In this document: positions 33,652-42,591 of the stretch, piece by piece
Layout of the letters: every line of letters starts with the position of its first letter
Numbering within the stretch: the stretch's first letter is position 1
Origin: a virus
Length of the DNA: 64,000 nucleotides
Reading direction: 5' to 3' (one strand)
Virus record (IMG/VR): IMGVR_UViG_3300030419_007131
Span: 32,001-96,000 of that record
Made by a program: the position numbers and the translations under genes
Notes under the pieces: model-generated
Databases searched by the model: none
What the model was told of the DNA's origin: nothing
The model's input: only the letters and a program-made list of their open reading frames with translations

Positions 33652-33960
33652 TTATAATTCTAGCTCGTCGTCGGGGACACCAGCATGGAAGTCGGCGGAG
33701 GCAGCGCGGTCCTGGGCAGCATACAGCTCCTTTTTCAGCAGGTCCTCCAGATAGGCTTCGACCTCTTTATCTCCGGCCAAACCAAACAATTCGGCAGCGT
33801 CGCGGCCAGATTTTGCTCCTTTGGATGCGGCAACAATCGTCAACTTATTAATAAACTTCTCTTCGGGTGTGCCGCCTTCATGGCGGGGTTCCGTCTGAAG
33901 ATCTCCTAGTCCGATTTCTTCTCTAATAATTTCTTTTAGTCTTTGTTTGGTGATTTTCAT
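33652..33960 (-). CDS. Small protein with MKITKQRLKEIIREE leader (putative internal head protein)
   Basis: Shared leader; GGAGG SD. Confidence 0.7.
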   Translation of the reverse strand: MKITKQRLKEIIREEIGLGDLQTEPRHEGGTPEEKFINKLTIVAASKGAKSGRDAAELFGLAGDKEVEAYLEDLLKKELYAAQDRAASADFHAGVPDDELEL

Positions 33961-33995
33961 TGTTAATCTTCCTCCGGAGGATCATCGCGATCCGG

Positions 33996-34376
33996 TCATT
34001 TCTCTCCCTCTTCCAGATCGTGCCAGCGACCTGTTTTAAGCCCTCGGCGAAGCCTGCCCACCGTTTTATCCGTGGGGGCGCTCACCTTTACGGCTTCTAC
34101 GGGCTCAACCTCAGCAAGACCAGCGCCATCGCGGTTGAGTGCGCTCTGGCGACTCATTGCTTTCTCGATACTACTGTATTCATAAGCGCCGTCGCGACCC
34201 CCAAACTTCGGTCGGCCACTTGAGTCGAGACCATGGAAGTGGGATTCTTTGGCTCCCTTTCCGGACATCCTTAAAACAAAAGGTGCATCCGCGTCATCAA
34301 GTTTGAGAGCGTCCCACTCATACTTCGTAAGCTCTTCTTTAATGATTTCTTCTAATCGGCGGCGAGTAATTTGCAC
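33996..34376 (-). CDS. Small protein with MQITRRRLEEIIKEE leader (putative internal head protein)
   Basis: Shared leader; start overlaps the upstream stop. Confidence 0.7.
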   Translation of the reverse strand: MQITRRRLEEIIKEELTKYEWDALKLDDADAPFVLRMSGKGAKESHFHGLDSSGRPKFGGRDGAYEYSSIEKAMSRQSALNRDGAGLAEVEPVEAVKVSAPTDKTVGRLRRGLKTGRWHDLEEGEK

Positions 34377-34873
34377 TATTTAATGCTCTCCAACAAAATC
34401 TTCGTTTCCTCTAGTGACCTAATCGCCTCTCGAACTTGAGGGTGCTGTTCCAAATTACGAAATGCAGCTTTCTGTATCCTGGAACGAAGGCCGTCGGCCA
34501 AATCAGCAAGCGCCGTTATATCGTTCAGCAAAGCGCCCGGGCTGAGGTCATCCGCTTTTGACGCGGAAGCCTTAGAAGCCTCACCGGCACGGAGAATCGC
34601 AGAAACTTCATCTTTTGTATATTCCTCAGTGATAGCATTAGCGGCATCAGCGAGCGCTTGTATGTGTTGTCTGATTTTTTCTTTCTTTTTTGGATCTTTT
34701 TCAGTCTTCCAAAGGTTAAATAATTCTTGAGTGACCTTTTTGGCGTTCTGTAAAGATGCAAGCTTCTCTTGGGCTGCGGCGTGGCGCGCCCGAGTTAGTC
34801 CAAAAGTTCCTTCCTCGACTGCTCCAACTTCTTCCCTAATAATCTCTTTTAGTCTTTGTTTGGTGATTTTCAT
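34376..34873 (-). CDS. Small helical protein with MKITKQRLKEIIREE leader (putative internal head protein)
   Basis: Leader DNA is 43/45 nt identical to that of 33652..33960. Confidence 0.7.
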   Translation of the reverse strand: MKITKQRLKEIIREEVGAVEEGTFGLTRARHAAAQEKLASLQNAKKVTQELFNLWKTEKDPKKKEKIRQHIQALADAANAITEEYTKDEVSAILRAGEASKASASKADDLSPGALLNDITALADLADGLRSRIQKAAFRNLEQHPQVREAIRSLEETKILLESIK

Positions 34874-35085
34874 TCTAATTCTCCACGCTCTTCCATTGAG
34901 TGAGCAATTGCTGTCGCTTGTTTCGGATCTTTACCTTCCTTGTCAACCAAATAGGCGATCTTTCGAGAGATGCGCTCGTCCTTGGCTTTCTTGGCTTCTT
35001 CTAATTCCTGGGTTCCCCGATGAAACTCCCGATAAAAGAGTTCTTCGTGGATGATTTGCTTTAAGCGCGATGTTGAGATTTTCAT
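34870..35085 (-). CDS. Small protein with MKISTSRLKQIIHEE leader and QATAIA motif
   Basis: Likely start ATG 35085 with AGGAG SD; CTATTTA motif at 35120-35126. Confidence 0.7.
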   Translation of the reverse strand: MKISTSRLKQIIHEELFYREFHRGTQELEEAKKAKDERISRKIAYLVDKEGKDPKQATAIAHSMEERGELE

Positions 35086-35092
35086 TGGACTC

Positions 35093-36028
35093 CTAGACGG
35101 ACATTGCAAGCGTCAACAATAAATAGTTGTCTGGAGTGATAAGGGTCGCATTTTCCAAGCATTTCTGGAATTGCTCTTTGTTCATCGAGCCAACATCTTC
35201 ATTGTCGCGAATATCAACCTTCCAAACCTCGATATCGAAATCCAACAAAGTCTTAATGATCTCAAGCTCTTTCTTCTTTGCGTCAGGATCCAGAGCCACG
35301 TAAACTCCCGCATCTTCTTTCACGATCTTGCGAAGCAAAACAGAGTTCTGATTTAGCGTAGATCCCAAGATGGGCACAGCATTTCTGCCTGCCGTAATCG
35401 CATCGAATACGCCCTCTACCAGAATGATATCGGAACTCCAATCCACAAACAAATCATTGAAGACAATGTTCTTGCTCACTGGTGGGTTCTTGTACTTAGG
35501 ATAGAACTTCTTGTCGTAGGAGCGTGACACAAAATAGGTCAAATCACCCTCGTCGTCAAACGACGGAATGATAATGCGGCCTTCGTATTCGCCACTGGCG
35601 CAATACCCCATCTTCCACCACACGATATCTTCTCGGTTGATACCTCGCTTACGAAGATAGTTGCGGGCCGCGAAGCCTGTCGGCGGCACATCCCGGGTGG
35701 TCAAGGACACAAACCCTTCAGGCATTTCTAAAATTTGTTTTTCTTCGACTTTTTCTTCGAATATATCTTCAAGCTTGTCATATTCAACAGCGTCTGTAAA
35801 CTCTCGCCACTGCGCTTTGTCGTGGTTTGTGCCGAACCGACGAATAACTCGGTAAATGTTTTTGCCACGCGTATCGCAGACCCAACACTTGTAATAACCT
35901 TTGTCAATGTTGACAGAAAACTTGCGCTTATGATGATCGCAGTAAGGGCACTTAAATAAAAACTCATTGTTGGACCTATAAAAAGGCCCCAGTACATTAG
36001 TTAGAATCTTGAGTTTCTTGGTTTTCAC
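35093..36028 (-). CDS. DNA primase (DnaG-type; zinc finger plus TOPRIM)
   Basis: CPYCDH...YKCWVC zinc ribbon; RIIIP, KYKNP, LVEGVFDA and ALDPDA TOPRIM motifs. Start is probably GTG 36028. Confidence 0.92.
   Translation of the reverse strand: MKTKKLKILTNVLGPFYRSNNEFLFKCPYCDHHKRKFSVNIDKGYYKCWVCDTRGKNIYRVIRRFGTNHDKAQWREFTDAVEYDKLEDIFEEKVEEKQILEMPEGFVSLTTRDVPPTGFAARNYLRKRGINREDIVWWKMGYCASGEYEGRIIIPSFDDEGDLTYFVSRSYDKKFYPKYKNPPVSKNIVFNDLFVDWSSDIILVEGVFDAITAGRNAVPILGSTLNQNSVLLRKIVKEDAGVYVALDPDAKKKELEIIKTLLDFDIEVWKVDIRDNEDVGSMNKEQFQKCLENATLITPDNYLLLTLAMSV
35120..35126 (-). promoter_or_regulatory. Putative late promoter motif CTATTTA for the leader-protein cluster
   Basis: Inside the primase 3' end, 34 nt upstream of ATG 35085. 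Confidence 0.55.
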
Positions 36029-36530
36029 GAACCCACCCTGCCCGAGCAATTACATAACTATCCGACCGGTCAGCATAACCAGCCTTTGGATTTCCATGCC
36101 TAGTGTATTCTATCTCAAAACCAGGCACATTGTCAAGAACAAATTGCAACGAAACAGCCTTTGCTTTTTGTCCCTTGGGGACCTTTATACCACAAAGCTT
36201 ACGAGCGGAGGTGGCAGCAAGGTATTTAGGTTCACCATAAAACATATTATAACATAACCATGACACAATGCCATTAATTTTGGACAAAAGAGATAAGGTC
36301 TGCGCTGACGAAAACCCGGAGCGGAAGGATTGAAGCGACTGTTCGATATACACCCGCTCTATGGGATATTCCCCCTCTAACGCTTCTAGGCGCTTTCTCA
36401 CAAGCTGCACTTTTTTGAAGAAGTTTTTTTCCTTGCGCAAGTCAATGTGGTCGCACACCAAAATATTGCCACCATAATCTAATACGGTATAGCCAGTAAT
36501 GCTGGTCGATATATCTAAACCCAAAATCAT
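35997..36530 (-). CDS. RuvC-like Holliday junction resolvase
   Basis: MILGLDISTSITGY, VYIEQ, DRSDSYVIA acidic catalytic pattern. Confidence 0.85.
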   Translation of the reverse strand: MILGLDISTSITGYTVLDYGGNILVCDHIDLRKEKNFFKKVQLVRKRLEALEGEYPIERVYIEQSLQSFRSGFSSAQTLSLLSKINGIVSWLCYNMFYGEPKYLAATSARKLCGIKVPKGQKAKAVSLQFVLDNVPGFEIEYTRHGNPKAGYADRSDSYVIARAGWVRENQETQDSN

Positions 36531-36543
36531 ACAGTTTATAATA

Positions 36544-37782
36544 TCAGATGTCTAGCTTGATCTTAAATGTAAAGTCGCGATTGGCAGTCTTTCGAACAGG
36601 AGTGGCCATTTTGGCAATACCGATGAGATTCTTTTTCGAATCATAAATGCCAACCTTAGAAATATAGGTTGTCTTGTCAAAGGATGCGGTGGGATCTCCG
36701 TATGCTGAGCTGACAATGTTTTTAATAGCAATTTCGTCATTCTCGATATAAGCACGAGAACCGGAGGCTATAGAGTTGCCTGCGGAATAGGTCACAAAAG
36801 TGGGATTGTTAGACTGGTTGATTTGTCCTTTGGGACACGTGGCAAACATCGTAAGGGTTTGTGTATAAGTGGTACCGCTGAACTCCATAATAAAGGACGA
36901 ACTAGGTGCGATGACGCTTCCAGAAATTGATTGGCCAAAAAATACCCACGCGGGGTTGTCGCCAGCTGGGGTGTCGACGGAGCTTGTATAGGCATCAGTT
37001 ACGGTCGTAGAAAGGGCGTCGGATGCAGTTAACACTATGAACCCTTCATTATACAGAGCGAACCCTATGACGCTACCCGAGCCCACTCCATAGGTGGAGT
37101 ACAGAGCACCATCGCGATTTTTATCGGTAGCCTGCCCAACGAGAGTTCCGGTGATATAATATTTTAAATCAATAGTCCCTTTCTTAATCTCTGAGCCATA
37201 AAAAATACCGGGAATGTTGATCAATCCGACGGGTACTGAGCCCAGGTCTCTCGTTACAGGGCCGCTAGATGCGCTGAAAACCACATTGGGGTTTAAGTAA
37301 CGATAATGATTTATGGTGTTCTTTAAAGCATATAAATGAGAAACATATGCTGAAGATGTACGAGTGGTAGTTGCACTATAATACTCCTTGGCAATACTGG
37401 ATGTGTATGGATACGAACTGATCATCACGTCTCCATAATTGGAGGTGTTGAAGGATGCAGCGGCTTGGGTGCGATATCCAATACGCGAGCCAGTTTTCAC
37501 AACAAATGAATAAATGAGGCCTGAATCGGGGGTCTCTTGTGCAGGGTCCGGGCTAGAAGGGCCTATCAGGCGCCCAGTAGAGGAGGAAACTCTATCAACA
37601 TTTAACTCATAAAGAGAAACAAACCCAGCATCGGTAAGCCTAATGGGGTCTGCAAACGCACCTGAAAGATTGGGGGTATTATTATAAAAAGCGGAGCCGC
37701 TATAAACTAAAAATTTAACGCTTGGATGTGTCTTTAATGTGTTTGAATAAACATCATTTTTGTTAAACTTATAATAAGGCAT
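36544..37782 (-). CDS. Baseplate / tail structural protein
   Basis: C-terminal YISKVGIYD...NLIGIAKMATPVRK...FTFKIKLDI resembles the tail-collar-fibre domain; paralog of the next gene. Confidence 0.65.
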   Translation of the reverse strand: MPYYKFNKNDVYSNTLKTHPSVKFLVYSGSAFYNNTPNLSGAFADPIRLTDAGFVSLYELNVDRVSSSTGRLIGPSSPDPAQETPDSGLIYSFVVKTGSRIGYRTQAAASFNTSNYGDVMISSYPYTSSIAKEYYSATTTRTSSAYVSHLYALKNTINHYRYLNPNVVFSASSGPVTRDLGSVPVGLINIPGIFYGSEIKKGTIDLKYYITGTLVGQATDKNRDGALYSTYGVGSGSVIGFALYNEGFIVLTASDALSTTVTDAYTSSVDTPAGDNPAWVFFGQSISGSVIAPSSSFIMEFSGTTYTQTLTMFATCPKGQINQSNNPTFVTYSAGNSIASGSRAYIENDEIAIKNIVSSAYGDPTASFDKTTYISKVGIYDSKKNLIGIAKMATPVRKTANRDFTFKIKLDI

Positions 37783-37802
37783 GCCATAACCGCGTCTGCA
37801 CT

Positions 37803-38942
37803 CTAATAATCTAATCGCACTCTGACGGTAAACTCAGTAGTGGGATCCTTCTTCAGAGGCTCCGACAGCTTGGCGACCGCCAAAAGTTCGTTATCTGGCG
37901 AATATAATCCGACTGTTGTCACATATGAAACTGGGAGATCTTGTGAGTTATTTTTCACAACCATCTTACTAGCACTAACATAGGTGGTATTAGAGGAATA
38001 ATTAAAGTCTGTATTATTTGCGCGGCAGAAATAGACCGTTGAATTAAGTTCGGTTGTATTGTTGAATGATATATTAGATATCCGTCGACGGAGATTATCC
38101 GCATTCGTGTCAATAGTGGTGCCGCTCAAGGCCGTATTAAAAAACGAAGCACCATTAGTCGGAGTTACTTGAGTATTAGGCTCGCCGCCGCGTGAAGGTG
38201 AAGCAGCCGGATTACTAGTTGCGAGGAGGCCCGTAGTGGGGCTGCTACCAGTAAAGCTTCTAAAAAGAGAACACGTGAGGACCATGACCGCAGCCTGATA
38301 ATATAGCAAGCCTACCTTGGCATATCCATTCTCATCAACGGCTCCCGCAGCAAGATTGGATCCAGTTGCATAAAGAATACCATATTCGCCGGCCGGAGAA
38401 TTGATTTTATATCCATTCGAGCCGCTCTTGTCTGTTATCGTAACCGATTGCGATAATGGAGTTGTTGAGCCCACACCTTTTGACGTGAAGATCGAAAACT
38501 GAAAGCTTCCCTTCTTGATCTCATCTTTGGCCAGCAGTCTCGTAAAGTTAAAGAAAAAGGCTTCCTTGTTCTTGTTGCCGCCGGTCAAATCGCCGTCTTC
38601 GTCGAACTCACGAATGGCGCCAGTTTCATCATATCCCACCAAAACCTGTGCCATTTCATTATAGATGTTAATTTTCTTGGCATTTTGGACACGATCAGAT
38701 GAACCAGACAGTCCCGAGTTCGCCGAATAACCGCAGGTTATATCTAAAAGATGATTAGCTGAGGAGCTTAAGTATGGGTAATCATAAACTGATTGGAACA
38801 TCCCGTGTCCATAGTTTTTAATATTAGCATCCGCGTATGTTCCTGAAATAATGGTTCCCGTGATTGGAATCGCCTCGTGTAATAGGTTTCTTGTTACAAC
38901 CGAATCTTTGCCGGGTTCAAAAGTTTTAAATGAAGTAGCCAT
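37803..38942 (-). CDS. Baseplate / tail structural protein
   Basis: EIKKGS..., FNYSSN.T, YVTTVGLY...NELLAVAKLSEPLKK...VRLDY. Confidence 0.65.
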   Translation of the reverse strand: MATSFKTFEPGKDSVVTRNLLHEAIPITGTIISGTYADANIKNYGHGMFQSVYDYPYLSSSANHLLDITCGYSANSGLSGSSDRVQNAKKINIYNEMAQVLVGYDETGAIREFDEDGDLTGGNKNKEAFFFNFTRLLAKDEIKKGSFQFSIFTSKGVGSTTPLSQSVTITDKSGSNGYKINSPAGEYGILYATGSNLAAGAVDENGYAKVGLLYYQAAVMVLTCSLFRSFTGSSPTTGLLATSNPAASPSRGGEPNTQVTPTNGASFFNTALSGTTIDTNADNLRRRISNISFNNTTELNSTVYFCRANNTDFNYSSNTTYVSASKMVVKNNSQDLPVSYVTTVGLYSPDNELLAVAKLSEPLKKDPTTEFTVRVRLDY

Positions 38943-38957
38943 CTGTGTATCCTTATC

Positions 38958-39905
38958 TTAAGTAGTTTTCTTAACAAAACGCAACGGAATATCTAAGGTA
39001 TAGCCCGTTGACACTCCTGAGATTCTCAGAACCGTGTCGATAAACTGATAGTCTGCCGCGGCCAGTGTTTTAGTCCCGCTTACAATATCAACAGTTCCTC
39101 CGGATCCGAGCTGGCCAAATAGATAGGTACTTGTCTTAAGATCCAAACTAGAAGCCACCTTGAGAGACAGACGAGTGCCACGGGGCCCGGCGATTGCAGA
39201 AGAATCTCCGGGAGAGAGCCGCGTTACAGTTCCTGAATCATCAGTATCAGTAAAAATATAAGTAGCAATATCGTCGTCGTCGATAGACGTGGGAGTGAAC
39301 CCCTCGTCGCCCTCACCTACATCAGGTGCTGTCAAAAACCCGAGACGATTATCAATCTGCACAAAATACTGCGTTTCTAAGAGCACCGGATTTATAAAGT
39401 CTTCCGCCGAAAGCTCCGTAGTATTCAGTCCCTGATCACTAGTCACCCTCTTGCTGCCTTGATCGGGGCGGAAACCGTTCATAATTCCATCGTCCAAGCT
39501 GTTGTTATCTGTAGTCAAGGCATTAACCGTGGTTTGGTCGACCAAAACTATATAACTAGATAACGCTGGGGATTGAGTTGAAGCAAACTTAGAATCGCCA
39601 GAATTCCTATGCTGTATTACAGGTAAATATAATAAATCATTTTCTGTATAAGACAAAAGTCGAGATTTCATGCTCGACATATTGTTGGTAAAAGCCTCAA
39701 AGACCGGAGTCTGGAGGATCGCGACGTCATAATAAGCTGACCCACTAGGATTGTTCTTTTCGTACAATCCATAATCTATCTCGTCGTCGCCAAAGGCAAA
39801 CTTAGCCACCCTAAATTTACCATTGCCCTCAGACAGTCTTTTTCTACCCAAATCGGTTAAAACGGCATCTAATATAATATCGCCGGAGTTATCTAAAAAT
39901 CCCAT
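38958..39905 (-). CDS. Baseplate / tail structural protein
   Basis: N-terminal IILDAVLTDLGRKRL...KFAFGDDEIDY; CTATTTA motif at 39924-39930. Confidence 0.65.
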   Translation of the reverse strand: MGFLDNSGDIILDAVLTDLGRKRLSEGNGKFRVAKFAFGDDEIDYGLYEKNNPSGSAYYDVAILQTPVFEAFTNNMSSMKSRLLSYTENDLLYLPVIQHRNSGDSKFASTQSPALSSYIVLVDQTTVNALTTDNNSLDDGIMNGFRPDQGSKRVTSDQGLNTTELSAEDFINPVLLETQYFVQIDNRLGFLTAPDVGEGDEGFTPTSIDDDDIATYIFTDTDDSGTVTRLSPGDSSAIAGPRGTRLSLKVASSLDLKTSTYLFGQLGSGGTVDIVSGTKTLAAADYQFIDTVLRISGVSTGYTLDIPLRFVKKTT

Positions 39906-39923
39906 GTTTATGTCCTCTTCATA

Positions 39924-39930
39924 TAAATAG
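39924..39930 (-). promoter_or_regulatory. Putative late promoter motif CTATTTA
   Basis: Intergenic, 18 nt upstream of ATG 39905. Confidence 0.6.
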
Positions 39931-39942
39931 TGCTAAATATCA

Positions 39943-42591
39943 TTATTCGCTAGGTTTTACTAACCCACTGTTCTTGAAAGTGATATTAAGATCTATTTTT
40001 CTTCCTGTTTTTTTGCTTGTCACGCGCAATCTAAACTTTTTGCCCCATACTCTATCAATATCGGGGGCGCCCAACAAGGTATTGGTGGGCGGCGCCACAT
40101 TCAACGCCGGAGCGCCCGGATTTGCTATCTCTGGGTCATAAATTACCTGACGCATTGCCGGCTCTACATATAAAAAGCGGCGCCCAGATTTATGAAAAGT
40201 TTGAGGTGTGCTCGGAAAATCGAAGATTTCTTGTGTGAAGAAAATCTTACCATTATTGTTGATCATTTCTATCTCATATATGTGCGTCGGATTAGATTTG
40301 TTTCCATGCATGTCGATAGAGCGCGCGCAATAGTAGTACTTTTGATTAGGCTTTATCTTGTCAATGTGCTCACCCGGAATACCATAAGTGGGATTTATGG
40401 TAGTCATTCGCCCCCCTAAAAAGTCCGTATATTTTTCTGGCGCCACGTCAAGTCTGAAAATCTCATACCAATCTACTGGGTCATCGCTCTTAAACGTCAG
40501 TTTCTCGGCGTCCGGTGATGTCATGATCTCCCCGTATGTAAGCGGCATGCCAGTTTGAGCCAGGTATTCTTCTTCAATGTAGGTCCTATCTTCGTCCAAA
40601 ATTGCCACTGGCTTGGAGCTAAGTTCGCCCGTGCTTGAGTTAAGCAGTATCCTAATCTGGTTGTCCACCCCCCGGGCGGCGTAAAACGATACTTCAGGCG
40701 GTACCGGGGGCTTATCCATAATTGTTGTTGCCATTCCGCCCACCACGTAGGGCACGATCATGGCCTTAACGCTGGCATAATTGGATATCGAAACCGTTGC
40801 CGTATTCTTGCCCCACGTACCGGTCCGCTTTACGTTATCATATTCATATTCGTTTCCAAATACTAACATAACTCTATCAATATCATAAACGTATTTTTGA
40901 TTATATTTAACCTGTGAATCAAATAAAGTAGTAGGCATAAGTTGGGGAAACTGTTCAGAAATATAATAAGTCTGGATTGCTTCTTGAAGCAACCCGTTCA
41001 CCACAGGGCGTTTGCGCACAATATACATCAACGTCTCTGTATGACAACGCACACCTTCCAATATTTGATTGAACGTCTTTATAACCTGCGCGATATCTGC
41101 ACCGCCGCCTGGATCTTCCAATAGGTCCTTTTTAGCATTTAATACGTGTGAAGGGTTCACGATCATATCTTCTTCCGAACGCCTATAGTCTCGAAGGAGT
41201 CTAAATGGAGTCTCGGTAGCCGGAGGTGCCTGAGTGCTGGTAAAATCATTGAGCGACGCTGCCAAGTTGGCGGCAGAACTTGGCGAATTAGAGTCCAACA
41301 TGTCTTCGATTACCTGTTCTAAATCATAAATAACAGGATATTCCTGCAAGCCGGTCTGCAACGTATTCTTTCCTCTATTGTCATTGAACTTTTTCTTCCA
41401 GAACGTACGCTCGCAGGGAAGATTGTCTGCCACGCCTTCAGAAATCTTCATAATAGTATAATACTGAAGTATATCAATAAAGTCTTTGGTATCCGCGGAC
41501 CGGGCTAGCTTCCTTAACAGGTTAACATCCTTATTTAAGCCTGTTCGCGAGTCGGCATCGTATCCCATAACAAGTTTGGTATAAAACGGCATTGTCAGTG
41601 TTTGGATTTCCTGTTCTTGAAGAACTCCTAGATCTGAATACAGCACAGCAAAATTTCTATTTGTCTCATTTAGTGCTGTGTCTATAGCATTATATTCGGG
41701 TGTATTAAGAGTCATTTGAGATAGCTGCTGAGAATAAAGTTGATAATATTCTCCAACATTTGTTTCTGTCGCCGTCTGTGCATTCGACACCACAAACCAA
41801 TCTATTGTTTGATCTAATGTTAGGGCCGGGAGATGATAGGCCGCCAACAAGGTGCTGCTGGTATTGATTAATTCTGACTGAAGGTAATAAACATTGGGCA
41901 GGTGATACTCTTTGATCTTTGGGGGCGCGATCGTTGTTTCGTAAACCGGTACCGAAGCATCATAATAATTATAAACAGGCTCAATATACAAATTCATGCC
42001 CGATTCTGCGCGCATCTTTGCATCAGCAGAGGGAAGCCAAAACTGTGCGGTGTGGTCGCTGAGCGGTATGTCCATAAGATGGGTCAATACTCCATCAAAA
42101 GTGGTATCAATCCCAGAAAAAGAATACTCTCCCGAAATAAAATCATAAAACCGATTTGTCCAGCCACTGCCAACAAGAAAACCATTAGCGGCCGAGGACT
42201 TCTCTTTATACCTATTCCAATTATCCCACTCGCGGCCCAGGACTAAGGTTTCTTTGGTTCCTGTGTCTATATATGTATAATTTAAAACAGGCTTGCTGAT
42301 TTGAGTTCTCATGCGCCCGCCCTTGCGGGTATTGTAACGGCGGCCGTTCCATGCTTTTGATTTCATCGCCGTGGGAGATCCATAGTTATACAGTTTATCT
42401 CCTTTAGAACTATAATATGTGGTATAGTACTTTCCTAGTACGCCGCGTAGAGCATCAATGGTGCCCCAATCATTCCTTACCATTGGATGAGGGGACCCCG
42501 GGGGGAGGTCTAGTCTTCGATTTGGCCCTATTTGATCTGCGTCGACGATGAGAAGAAAGTCTTTATTTTCTGTTGGTTGTAATATGGCCAT
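39943..42591 (-). CDS. Large baseplate-region protein with a C-terminal fibronectin-III-like domain
   Basis: PPVPP...YEIFR...D.IKPNQKYYYCARSID..GN.S is an FN3 pattern. Confidence 0.55.
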   Translation of the reverse strand: MAILQPTENKDFLLIVDADQIGPNRRLDLPPGSPHPMVRNDWGTIDALRGVLGKYYTTYYSSKGDKLYNYGSPTAMKSKAWNGRRYNTRKGGRMRTQISKPVLNYTYIDTGTKETLVLGREWDNWNRYKEKSSAANGFLVGSGWTNRFYDFISGEYSFSGIDTTFDGVLTHLMDIPLSDHTAQFWLPSADAKMRAESGMNLYIEPVYNYYDASVPVYETTIAPPKIKEYHLPNVYYLQSELINTSSTLLAAYHLPALTLDQTIDWFVVSNAQTATETNVGEYYQLYSQQLSQMTLNTPEYNAIDTALNETNRNFAVLYSDLGVLQEQEIQTLTMPFYTKLVMGYDADSRTGLNKDVNLLRKLARSADTKDFIDILQYYTIMKISEGVADNLPCERTFWKKKFNDNRGKNTLQTGLQEYPVIYDLEQVIEDMLDSNSPSSAANLAASLNDFTSTQAPPATETPFRLLRDYRRSEEDMIVNPSHVLNAKKDLLEDPGGGADIAQVIKTFNQILEGVRCHTETLMYIVRKRPVVNGLLQEAIQTYYISEQFPQLMPTTLFDSQVKYNQKYVYDIDRVMLVFGNEYEYDNVKRTGTWGKNTATVSISNYASVKAMIVPYVVGGMATTIMDKPPVPPEVSFYAARGVDNQIRILLNSSTGELSSKPVAILDEDRTYIEEEYLAQTGMPLTYGEIMTSPDAEKLTFKSDDPVDWYEIFRLDVAPEKYTDFLGGRMTTINPTYGIPGEHIDKIKPNQKYYYCARSIDMHGNKSNPTHIYEIEMINNNGKIFFTQEIFDFPSTPQTFHKSGRRFLYVEPAMRQVIYDPEIANPGAPALNVAPPTNTLLGAPDIDRVWGKKFRLRVTSKKTGRKIDLNITFKNSGLVKPSE

